This document shows, piece after piece, positions 27,457-36,181 of a stretch of 64,000 bases of DNA. The notes below the pieces were generated by a model. The model was not told the origin of the DNA, searched no databases, and saw only the letters and a list, made by a program, of their open reading frames with translations. The stretch comes from an uncultured Actinomycetes bacterium (GTDB lineage: Bacteria > Actinomycetota > Actinomycetes > Streptosporangiales > Streptosporangiaceae): positions 57,876 through 121,875 of the forward strand of contig CAWFAP010000002.1 of NCBI GenBank assembly GCA_963813975.1, in the 5' to 3' direction. Both the position numbers and the translations under genes were made by a program. Each line of letters starts with the position of its first letter. The first letter of the stretch is position 1.

Positions 27457-28090
27457 TCAGATTTCCAGGGTCCCCGTCTCGCGGGGCATCACGCCCCACT
27501 CGTGGCGGGTGATCCGAGACGTTCCGCGACCGGCGACGGGGAGAATCCGGGTCAGATAGGGAGCAACTCGCAGGTCCAGGTCGAAGTGCGCCCGATCGGA
27601 TGCATTCCGGCGGCCCCGGCAGATCGCGTACCCGATCTGGCTCTACCGCTGCCGGCCCGGTCAGGACTGACCGAAAATGCTGATCAGATCCCGTGTTGTC
27701 TCGGTAACCCGGGTTGCGGTAGGCCGAGCGGATGGCCGTCCGCTCGTCGGCGAAACCGAGCTGCTCCAGCCGGCAGGCGTATGTCTGGGTCGCCGCGTAC
27801 AGCGCGATCTGCTGGGCAGCCTCCCGGCGGGCCCGTGCGGCGTCCGAGGCGACCGAGCAGATAACGAACTGTACGTGCTCGATCGCCGCCGGATCGCGCC
27901 CGGCCTTCGCTGCGCCCCCGGCTATCCACTCCCGGTAGGAGTCGAGGCCGCCGGGGACAGGGGATGGGCGACGAGCCCGTCAGCGCATCCGGCGGCCTCA
28001 GCCTCCGCCGCGAGCTGGCCGATCTCCGATAGCCGCATGGCGTCGCCGAGGATGTAGAGGCCGAGCCGCCTCCTGGCCGGGTGCAAGACC
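27457..28090 (-). pseudogene. remnant of a luciferase-like (LLM, F420/flavin-dependent) oxidoreductase
   Basis: Pieces lie in three frames. These are LYILGDAMRLSEIGQLAAEAEAAG, SYREWIAGGAAKAGRDPAAIEHVQFVICSVASDAARARREAAQQIALYAATQTY..LEQLGFADERTAIRSAY, and a downstream tail. The central roughly 150 aa expected of the family is missing. Confidence 0.4.
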
Positions 28091-28218
28091 GCCTGGCCAA
28101 GTACACCAGGGTGAACGACGCCGATTCCCGCTGGGTATGTGCAGCAAGGTGAGACGAGCAGAATGGGCGGAGACCTGGAAAATCGAGCCGCAAGCTGACG
28201 CGACCCCGGAGGAACCTG

Positions 28219-29226
28219 ATGCGACCAGGCAGCGACCAGGCCGGCGATCCGCCGGCAGCCGCCCAGAAGGCCGGGCCGGCTGCTGGCTCCCCGTTCGCTA
28301 GCACCGGGCTGGACGCCTGGCACGGCGATCTCGTGGCGTGGCTCGACCGGCTCGACTGGCTCCGGACTCTGAGCGACCGGCTGACCGGCGTGCTGGGGCC
28401 AGTCCGCGAAAGGCATCAGGACAACCTTGTCCTTGAGCTGATGCATGGCGGCCGATGGGTCGGCCACCCGATACACCCAGCACTGAGCGACCTGCCCATC
28501 GGGCTGTGGACCGGGGTCATGGTGCTGGACGCCATGGACCGTGATCCCGCTCCCCGGCGCGGAATCGACGCCGCAGGCCTGCTCAGCGCGGCCGGCATCC
28601 TCGCCGCGGGCGCCACCGCCCTGACCGGTCTCACCGACTGGACCGTCAGCGACGATGAGGACCGCCGCGTCGGGCTCTTGCACGGCCTCCTCAACACGGT
28701 CGCACTGGGGCTGCAAGGTGCCTCCCTGGGCACCCGGATGGCCGGCCGCCGGAGCACGGCCAGCGCTCTGGGCGCGGCCAGCCTCACGGTCACGGCCGCG
28801 GCCGGTTACCTCGGCGGTCACCTCGTATTCACCAAAGGCGTGATGGTCAACCGGGTGGCGTGGACCGTCGGGCCGCGGCGGTGGACGCGCGCCCTGCAGG
28901 AGGCCGACCTGCCTGACGACGCGCCGACCGCCGTCGAGGCCGAGGGCCGTCAGATCATGCTGTACCGCCACCACGGCCAGCTCTATGCCATCGACAACAT
29001 CTGCAGCCACGCCGGTGGCCTGCTCAGCCGCGGCCCAGTCGCAGACCTGACCGTGACGTGCCCGCTGCACGGGTCCCGCTTCACGCTCGCCGACGGCTGC
29101 GTCAGCCGCGGCCCGGCTAGCCAGCCGCAACCCGTGCTACCAACCCGGATCCGCAACGGGTGGATCGAGGTGCGCGGCAGCCTGCCGGCGCCCCGGCGGC
29201 CCGCAACTGGAAGGACACAGCCATGA
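28219..29226 (+). CDS. membrane (DUF2231-like) protein fused to a Rieske [2Fe-2S] domain
   Basis: The N-terminal half has HPIHPALSDLPIGLW plus further TM helices. The C-terminal Rieske motifs are CSHAGG and CPLHGSRF. Confidence 0.8.
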   Translation: MRPGSDQAGDPPAAAQKAGPAAGSPFASTGLDAWHGDLVAWLDRLDWLRTLSDRLTGVLGPVRERHQDNLVLELMHGGRWVGHPIHPALSDLPIGLWTGVMVLDAMDRDPAPRRGIDAAGLLSAAGILAAGATALTGLTDWTVSDDEDRRVGLLHGLLNTVALGLQGASLGTRMAGRRSTASALGAASLTVTAAAGYLGGHLVFTKGVMVNRVAWTVGPRRWTRALQEADLPDDAPTAVEAEGRQIMLYRHHGQLYAIDNICSHAGGLLSRGPVADLTVTCPLHGSRFTLADGCVSRGPASQPQPVLPTRIRNGWIEVRGSLPAPRRPATGRTQP

Positions 29227-29597
29227 CGTTCGTAATCGTCGCGAACCTCGACGACCTAGAGGTAGGCGACACCATGCTCGTCGACGAGCTGCGCGAGCCG
29301 ATCTGCCTCATCCGCCTCGACGATGACGACGTCAGAGCGATCCACAACACCTGCACCCACCAGCAGCAACCCCTTCACGAGGGCACCCTCCAGGACGATG
29401 ACACACTGGTCTGCACCGCCCACGCATCACGCTACGACCTGACCACCGGCGAGGCCGTCGGCGTGTTTGCCTGCGGCCCCATCCCGGTGTATGCATGCAA
29501 GATCGAAGACGACGCCATCCTCGTTGACATCGACGAGCAGCTCAACGACGCACCCATCCCTAATCCTCCGGCACCGGGGTCGCGGGGCTCGCGCTAA
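29223..29597 (+). CDS. small Rieske [2Fe-2S] ferredoxin-like protein
   Basis: Motifs are CTHQQQPL and CTAHASRYD. A GGAAGGA RBS is present, and the ATG overlaps the upstream stop (ATGA at 29223-29226). Confidence 0.85.
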   Translation: MTFVIVANLDDLEVGDTMLVDELREPICLIRLDDDDVRAIHNTCTHQQQPLHEGTLQDDDTLVCTAHASRYDLTTGEAVGVFACGPIPVYACKIEDDAILVDIDEQLNDAPIPNPPAPGSRGSR

Positions 29598-29737
29598 CGC
29601 CGCGCAGGCCAACGATGAGGACAGGCCCGCCACCCGGCGGGACGTGGCCGAGGTGCGGATCGTGCTCAGAGTTTCTCGTCATCCTGGGCGGGTGATCCTG
29701 CCGCTCCCGCGGGACGGAAGTCCAGACGGGGGGTGGG

Positions 29738-31129
29738 CTAGAGGAAACTGAACTTGCTGGCGGGGTCGTACCGGGCCTTGATCTGGCGGAGCTGGGCGAG
29801 ATTCTGGCCGTAGTAGCAGGCGGCTGGATCTTCGAGGTCGGGGTCGGCGAAGTTCTGGAAGACGCGGCCGGCTCCCCATGGGTGCACGGCGTCCCATGAT
29901 CGGCCGGCCCAGTGGTGCGCGCGGCTGATCGCTTCTTCGGTGACCGGCGGGCCTGCGACAGCTGAGTGCTTGAGCAGGAACAGGCCGTCACGGTGCACGA
30001 AGGCCGTAGCGTCCGGGCTGGCTCTGCGGTACGCGCCGCCCCACGGCATGAAGTCCAGTTCGCGGGATACGCCCGGTTCCTGGCCGGAGGTGAAGGTGGA
30101 GACGAGCGTGTCGATGGCCGCGCCCGGGAGGGGGGAATCGAAGAACTCGGACCGGCTGAAGAGGAACGGGTGAGGCTCTGGCCCCGGCGCATCCCCGGAA
30201 ACTGGCCTGCCGTGATTCCCGAGGTCGGCCCAGAAACGCCGGGCGGCCGGGAACGGCCCGCGGTGCCTGGTGACCGAAATCGGCGGGGTCCCCACCCGGC
30301 TGAAGAGCCTCTCGATGACGGCGGATGCCGCGGCTCCGAATCCGGTCGCGTACACGTCGGCCGACATTGCCGCTCCCGGGTCACCCGCCGTGGTTATCTT
30401 CAGGCTGGCGGCGAGTTCGTCAGGAGCGTCCGTAATCCATTGCTGCCAGGCGCCGATGACGTCCGCGGCGTCGGCGGCCGGCCATGCCGCGTGCTGGCTC
30501 CAGGTGTCGGCTGGTGCCGGGACGGTCCGGAACGACAGCGAGGTGACCACGCCGAAGTTCCCCGCGCCCGCCCCTCGCAGCGCCCAGAACAGGTCCGGGT
30601 GGCGGTGCTCGTCGCAGTCGATGATCTCGCCGCTGGCCAGGACTACCCGGGCTGCGGTGAGCCGGTCAGAGGTCACCCCGTATTGCCGGCCGAGGATCCC
30701 GAGCCCTCCGCCGAGGGCCAGCCCGGCGATACCGACCGACGGGCAGGTGCCCCCGGGAATCGTGCGGCCCAGGGTCTCCAGGGCAGCGTAGACGTGCCCC
30801 AGCCGGGCCCCCGCGCCTATGGCCGCCGCCTCGCCGTCCACCTGGACCGAGGTCATCGGGGACACGTCGATCACCACCCCCTCGCTGGTTGACCGGCCGG
30901 CGAAGCAGTGCCCGCCGCAGCGGACGGCGATAGCGGCCTGCTGCTCGCTCGCAAGGGCGATCGTCTGGGCGACGTCCCTGGCGGTGGCGCAGCGGACGAT
31001 GGCCGCTGGCCGCACGGCATGAAACCGGCTATTGAAACCCAGCCGGGCGGCGTCGAAGCCAGCCGAGCCGGGGAGCAGGACCTGCCCGCCGTCCAGTCGG
31101 TGCCCCAGCTTGTCCCAGGCGGCCCTCAC
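29738..31129 (-). CDS. FAD-binding oxidoreductase with berberine-bridge-enzyme-like C-terminus
   Basis: It has an FAD_binding_4-type N-terminal region (AIAVRCGGHCFAGRS; GLALGGGLG) and the BBE tail NLAQLRQIKARYDPASKFSF. Confidence 0.9.
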   Translation of the reverse strand: MRAAWDKLGHRLDGGQVLLPGSAGFDAARLGFNSRFHAVRPAAIVRCATARDVAQTIALASEQQAAIAVRCGGHCFAGRSTSEGVVIDVSPMTSVQVDGEAAAIGAGARLGHVYAALETLGRTIPGGTCPSVGIAGLALGGGLGILGRQYGVTSDRLTAARVVLASGEIIDCDEHRHPDLFWALRGAGAGNFGVVTSLSFRTVPAPADTWSQHAAWPAADAADVIGAWQQWITDAPDELAASLKITTAGDPGAAMSADVYATGFGAAASAVIERLFSRVGTPPISVTRHRGPFPAARRFWADLGNHGRPVSGDAPGPEPHPFLFSRSEFFDSPLPGAAIDTLVSTFTSGQEPGVSRELDFMPWGGAYRRASPDATAFVHRDGLFLLKHSAVAGPPVTEEAISRAHHWAGRSWDAVHPWGAGRVFQNFADPDLEDPAACYYGQNLAQLRQIKARYDPASKFSFL

Positions 31130-31226
31130 GGCTGCGTGGCCAGGGCGGCCAGGAGACCGGCCGGCATGTCGGCCGGACTTCCGGTCAGGTCCGGCTGTTT
31201 TGGCGGGTGGGGGTGCATGGACGGAC

Positions 31227-31805
31227 TCAGACGTGCAGGGAGGGCCGGTAGGTGAGCTCTTGGATGTTGCCGTCGAGCGTCCGGCTCTCGATCAGCTCGA
31301 GGTCGAAGTCGGCCGCTCCCTGGAAGATCGGCTCCAGTCCGGTCTGGCCGGTGATCACAGGGAAGAGCGTCACCTGGACCCGGTCGACCAGGCCGGCGGC
31401 CATCAGCGCCCGGTTCATCGACAGGCTGCCGTGTGAGCGCAACGGCACCCCGGACTCCTTCTTGAGCCGGGCGACGACGTCCGCGGCGTCACCGCTCACG
31501 ACGGTTGCGTCCGGCCAGTCGAGGGGTCCTTCCAGCGTGGTCGACACCACTGTTGCCGGCAGGTTCCTCATCCGGGTGACCCAGGGGTCACGGGCCCCGG
31601 ACTCCTCGGTGCCCGGGGCCAGCATCTGCGCGAACGCCCGATACGTGCCGGGACCGAAGACCATCCGCTGCTCTGCCTCGTACACGGCGAGGCGGTGGTC
31701 GAGCAGCTCGGGGCCTTGCTTGCCCCAGTAGCCGCCCCAGTTGCCGCTGTGGGAGCCGTAGCCGTCGAGGCTGGAAAAGACGTCGAAGGTGTAGGTAGCG
31801 GTCAT
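31227..31805 (-). CDS. dihydrofolate-reductase-family (RibD C-terminal domain) protein
   Basis: It begins MTATYTFDVFSSLDGY and contains LRSHGSLSMNRALMAAGLVDRVQVTLFPVITG. A GAGGAG RBS precedes the ATG at 31805. Confidence 0.85.
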   Translation of the reverse strand: MTATYTFDVFSSLDGYGSHSGNWGGYWGKQGPELLDHRLAVYEAEQRMVFGPGTYRAFAQMLAPGTEESGARDPWVTRMRNLPATVVSTTLEGPLDWPDATVVSGDAADVVARLKKESGVPLRSHGSLSMNRALMAAGLVDRVQVTLFPVITGQTGLEPIFQGAADFDLELIESRTLDGNIQELTYRPSLHV

Positions 31806-32142
31806 GATGCTCTCCTCGAGTGCGGTTGATCGCGTACTGGAATACAGACTGGCAACCTCGGCGAGACTCATCGCCGTTGGGCGCCCGGAGTCCGGCCGCC
31901 CCGGATGCGGCCCCCGGACCTGACCACGGCCATGACGGTGGCGACGATCAGCGTGACGGGCGGCACGGCGGGCGGGAAGAAGAGCGTGGCACGCCGATCC
32001 ACCGGCCTTGACTATTCCTCAATCGAGCTGAACAACCCGGGGTCCACGTTAGGCACGGTCACGAACCCCCTCTAACCGATCGGAAGCGTCTGCCGGACGT
32101 GTGCAGTGGCCAGGCTAAGCGGCAAGTGGCCTACTGGGCGGA

Positions 32143-32174
32143 TCCAATTGCAGTCACATAATTGGGTCCAATTG
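32143..32174. promoter_or_regulatory. direct repeat TCCAATTG x2, candidate MocR operator
   Basis: GGATCCAATTG (32141-32150) and GGGTCCAATTG (32165-32174) are 24 bp apart, 35-65 bp upstream of the MocR gene. Confidence 0.3.
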
Positions 32175-32208
32175 ACGTCCTGCGATGTGGACTGGATAGC
32201 TTCTGAGG

Positions 32209-33576
32209 GTGGATCTGGAGATGGAGTTCAGGCCGGGTGTCCCGCTCCGCCGGCAGCTCGAGGGGGCGCTGCGGGTGGCGATTCGCTCGGGCCGGCTGGC
32301 GCCCGGATCGGTGCTGCCGCCAAGCCGGGATCTGGCTGACGAAATCGGCGTATCGCGCGGCGTGGTGGTGGATAGTTATGCGCAGCTGACTACCGAGGGT
32401 TACCTGACCGCGAAACGTGGATCGGGTACCCACGTCGCCGTGCTTCCGGCCTCCGGAACGCCGCCCGCTCCGCGGCAGGTAAGCCCCCCGGAGCATTTCC
32501 GGTACGACCTGAGGCCCGGCCAGGCTGACTTCCACGCCTTCCCCCGCGCCCGCTGGAAGGCGTCGCTGGTGCGCGCTCTGCGTGAGCTGCCCGACCGGCG
32601 GCTGGGGTACGCCAACCACCGCGGCGTCGCCGAACTCAGGAACGCCGTCGCCGGATATCTGGCCCGCGTGCGCGGAGTGGTCGTGGAGCCCGAGCATGTT
32701 GTGGTGTGCTGCGCGGCGTCCCAGGCGCTGACCGTGCTCTGGCAGGCGCTCCGGAAACAGGGCGGGCGCCGGGTCGCTATCGAGGATCCGGGCTGGCGCT
32801 GGCAGCGCTACACGGTCGAGCATGCCGGGCTGGAGGCCGTCCCCGTGCGGGTGGACGCGGACGGCCTGGTCGTCTCCGAGCTCGCGGCCGCCGACGTGGA
32901 TGCGGTGGTGATGACGCCCGCGCATCAGTATCCGACCGGGGTCGTCATGACGGCGGAACGCCGCTCCGCCCTGATCACATGGGCGCGCGAGCGCCAGGCG
33001 CTCATCGTCGAGGATGACTACGACGTCGAGTATCGCTTTGGCCGCGAGCCGGTGGCCTCCCTGCAGGGCCTGGCACCGGACCTGGTCGCGTTCGTCGGGA
33101 CGACGAGCAAGACGCTGGCGCCCGCCCTGCGCCTCGCGTGGGTCGTGCCCCCTTCACACCTGATTGACGACGTGGAGAACGTGTTGCTCGTCACCGGGGT
33201 GACCCCGCCGACGCTCGACCAGATGGCCATGGCCTCGTTTATCGAAGACGCCGCGCTCGAGCGTCATCTGCGTTCCATGCGCCGGCGCTACCGCGCCAAG
33301 CGAGACGTCCTGATCGACGCGCTAGGCACGCACCTCCCCGATGTGCGCATCGGCGGGGCGGCGGCCGGGCTGCATCTGCTCGCCTGGCTCCCGGACGGCA
33401 CCGATGAGCACGCGACGGCACTGCGGGCCCGGCGCTCCGGCGTCGGCGTGCATGAGCTGCACCGCCACTGCACGACTCACGCGTCATCGTCTCCGGCGCT
33501 CATCCTCGGTTTCGCGCTTCCGAGTCAGTCCGAGCTGAGAGCGGCGACCAGACTGCTCGCCGGGGCAATGGTCTGA
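32209..33576 (+). CDS. MocR/PdxR-type regulator (GntR HTH fused to a PLP aminotransferase-like domain)
   Basis: The N-terminus is LPPSRDLADEIGVSRGVVVDSYAQLTTEGYL. An aminotransferase class-I-like body follows (HQYPTGVVM; SKTLAPALRLAW). Confidence 0.9.
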   Translation: MDLEMEFRPGVPLRRQLEGALRVAIRSGRLAPGSVLPPSRDLADEIGVSRGVVVDSYAQLTTEGYLTAKRGSGTHVAVLPASGTPPAPRQVSPPEHFRYDLRPGQADFHAFPRARWKASLVRALRELPDRRLGYANHRGVAELRNAVAGYLARVRGVVVEPEHVVVCCAASQALTVLWQALRKQGGRRVAIEDPGWRWQRYTVEHAGLEAVPVRVDADGLVVSELAAADVDAVVMTPAHQYPTGVVMTAERRSALITWARERQALIVEDDYDVEYRFGREPVASLQGLAPDLVAFVGTTSKTLAPALRLAWVVPPSHLIDDVENVLLVTGVTPPTLDQMAMASFIEDAALERHLRSMRRRYRAKRDVLIDALGTHLPDVRIGGAAAGLHLLAWLPDGTDEHATALRARRSGVGVHELHRHCTTHASSSPALILGFALPSQSELRAATRLLAGAMV

Positions 33577-33605
33577 CCGGACCTGAACGAGCGGAGAGCA
33601 GCGGT

Positions 33606-34394
33606 TCAAGGCGCGTCGAGGAAAGCTGGGACCATCGTCATGAGCATGTCGGCGCGGCCGGTGACCCCGATGTGCGAGGTGCCCGGCAGTACGGCGAGCC
33701 GGGATGGGGGCATCGGCGCCAGGTCGCCCAGCACTCCTCCTCCGAGCAGCCGGAACATCGCCACGGCGTGCTCGGGTGTGACGATGTCGCTGTCGCCGAT
33801 GATCAGCAGGATGGGGACCTTGATCGCGGAGATGGCCTGCGGGGTGATCTCGGGCAGCTCCATCGCCTGGACCTTGCCGAGCAGGGCCGGCCAGTTTCCT
33901 GGATCGGGGGCCAGTGCCCGGTATTCCTGCTCGAAGGGAATCTGCAGGTCGCGTCCGGTCGCATCTGCGGACTCCCCGTTTTCTGGCCCGCCGAACATTT
34001 CCGGGTGCAGGCCGCTCTTGTCGTAGGTCACCGACGCGAGCACAGCCTTACGGACCACGGAGGGGTGGTTCGCAATGATGTTCAGCGCGATGCCGGCACC
34101 CAGGCTGTAGCCGAACAGGTCGGCCGGGCCGATGTCCAGGCTGGCCAGCAGGGCCATGGTGTCATTGGCCATCGCCTGGACCGACATGGGCCGGTCGATG
34201 TCGGCGGTCCGGCCATGTCCTTGCTGCTCCACGGTGATGACCTGACGGCTCTGGGCCAGCCGGTCCGGCAGAGTCCCGAATGAGGTTCCGGTCGCGGAGA
34301 TCGCGCCGTGCAGCAGCACCACCGGGACCCTGGCCGGATCTGATGCGCCACGGATCTCGTAGAACATCGTCAGGCCGTTGATGTCGGCGTACAC
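33606..34394 (-). CDS. alpha/beta-fold hydrolase
   Basis: It has VVLLHG, the nucleophile elbow GYSLGAG and a C-terminal His region. Confidence 0.9.
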   Translation of the reverse strand: MYADINGLTMFYEIRGASDPARVPVVLLHGAISATGTSFGTLPDRLAQSRQVITVEQQGHGRTADIDRPMSVQAMANDTMALLASLDIGPADLFGYSLGAGIALNIIANHPSVVRKAVLASVTYDKSGLHPEMFGGPENGESADATGRDLQIPFEQEYRALAPDPGNWPALLGKVQAMELPEITPQAISAIKVPILLIIGDSDIVTPEHAVAMFRLLGGGVLGDLAPMPPSRLAVLPGTSHIGVTGRADMLMTMVPAFLDAP

Positions 34395-34405
34395 GGCCTG
34401 CCCTC

Positions 34406-34804
34406 CTACGCGGTCTCGGCCAGGACCGTGGAGACCCGGGCGAGGACCTCATCGACACTCTCCGTGATCATTGAGTGCATGGACTCGTCGACGTCGAAGG
34501 TGTAGGCAATCTGCGTGCTGTCGTCCGGGGTGGAAGTCAGCGTGATTGCGGTGACCACATCGCCGGGGACCGTCATCACCAGGCGGCCTGGCTCGGAGAC
34601 CTCGTCGTACCGGCCGGTGAGCGGGATCTCTTCACCCTCGGAGGAGATCACGGTCGCCTGCCAGGACCCTCCGGTCCGCACGTCCAGCACCGCGGTCCCC
34701 GGCTTGGCGGGCAGCCAGCCTTCGAAGTGGCCGGGCTGGGTGAGGATCTGCCAGACCCTCTCACGCGGGTCCTTCAGGGTGCGGGTGACGGTGAAGTCGC
34801 TCAT
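34406..34804 (-). CDS. SRPBCC (Aha1/START-like) domain protein
   Basis: The N-terminal pattern is ..PRERVWQILTQPGHFEGW.., and the size is 132 aa. Confidence 0.8.
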   Translation of the reverse strand: MSDFTVTRTLKDPRERVWQILTQPGHFEGWLPAKPGTAVLDVRTGGSWQATVISSEGEEIPLTGRYDEVSEPGRLVMTVPGDVVTAITLTSTPDDSTQIAYTFDVDESMHSMITESVDEVLARVSTVLAETA

Positions 34805-34860
34805 CGGAATCCTTCCTGTCGTCGGCTTCGCTCAGCCACGCCCGGGATCAGGCGCATGAG

Positions 34861-35349
34861 CTATGGGTCAGCGATACGCCTCGACCCTGACAGGAATCGG
34901 GCCCGTGGATAAGGTCCAGTCCGGTGGATAAATCTAGGACCAATTTTGCGGTGCCAGCCAGAGCGTCCTTCACCAGATTCCGTCCGGACTACTCTGACGT
35001 GCTGCGATCCGCCCGGTCCGGCGCGGCCAGCCGCCGCGCGGGGAGCGGCTGAGGGGGAAGCGCCATCGGTTCCGCCGAGGGCCCGAGCAACGGCAGGTAG
35101 CGCTCTCGCGGCATCGGCGCGGCGCCGAGCGACCGCAGGAAAGGGCTGTCCCACTGCGCGTTCAACGAGCAGGCCGCCGGCCAGAGCCGATCGCGCGGCC
35201 ATGTCTGCGACCGCGATCCTCGCCGCGCCGCGCTCGAGATGCACGCCGATCAGGGTCTCCGGGTCGGCGCCCATTTTCCTGAGGTAGTGGGCGAGTTGGT
35301 TCGCCGACTGGTCAAGCTCCCGGTAGGTCAGCCGCGTTCCCGCGGCCAC
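34861..35349 (-). pseudogene. orphan stub of an NRPS adenylation domain
   Basis: It contains the A1/A2-region sequence TRLTYRELDQSANQLAHYLRKMGADPETLIGVHLERG. After that it degenerates into low-complexity sequence and ends. No further NRPS domains are present. Confidence 0.55.
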
Positions 35350-35394
35350 GACGGCCGCCGAGCCGGGGCGGCGGGACGCCTGCCCGGCGAACCC

Positions 35395-35700
35395 TCATGG
35401 GGCCAACCCGGCATCGCCGGGGTGCGGACCCGGGTGACGGCACTGGTCGCGCCGGGTTGCCTCGCCGTGCGCTGACCCGGCCCGGTACCGCTGTCCCGAT
35501 GCGGCAGCGTGGACGCTGGCCGGGGCGATGTCCGGCCATGCGGCGGCGATGGCGTCCAGGCAGGCACGCCTGGACATGGCGGCCAACTGCCGCCGCCAGC
35601 CAGCCGGCAGGTCAAGATCGGCCGGCCACAATGCATGCTGGCGGTGGTCATTGACGACCACGGCAAAGGCGTTCCGCGTTGGCTTTCGCGGGTCACTCAC
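35395..35700 (-). CDS. MbtH-like protein
   Basis: The MbtH signature is N.F.VVVNDHRQHALWPADLDLPAGW.......SRRACLDAIAAAWPDIAPAS. The ORF runs about 30 codons beyond the usual MbtH length. Confidence 0.8.
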   Translation of the reverse strand: MSDPRKPTRNAFAVVVNDHRQHALWPADLDLPAGWRRQLAAMSRRACLDAIAAAWPDIAPASVHAAASGQRYRAGSAHGEATRRDQCRHPGPHPGDAGLAP

Positions 35701-36181
35701 GGCAGCCACAAATACGTATTCCTAAGTAAATACCCCGGATTGTCCGGAGGCCGAGAGTGCGTCATGTCGCAATAAATCCTGCCCGCGCCGAGCCCGCCTG
35801 ACACGCCACTGCCCGGGCCGGCCTGAAGAATTAACACGGCGGGAGCAATTGCCGGCGACTTTGCCATCTTCACACCAAGAACAGGAGCCTCGGCTAGCAC
35901 CAGTATTCCCATAAGCCGTGAACAATGCCCGTGGATGTGGTGATTTGCCGCCGGGCGCGTCCCGGCCCGGCAGGCCCGGAGTTGGCAGCTGCCGGGATGG
36001 GGACGCAAGCGGGCCGGGCGCCCTAGCTGGCGCCGATGACCTTGAAGTCCTGGTTGACGAAGATGTGGTGGGGCCAGTTGACACCGATGTTGTGGACCTC
36101 GTACTGAGGCTTAAGCCCCTGGCACTGGCCGCGCTGCGGCCGAATGTCCGCCTATGCCGCACAATGGTGCGGGTGCCTATG

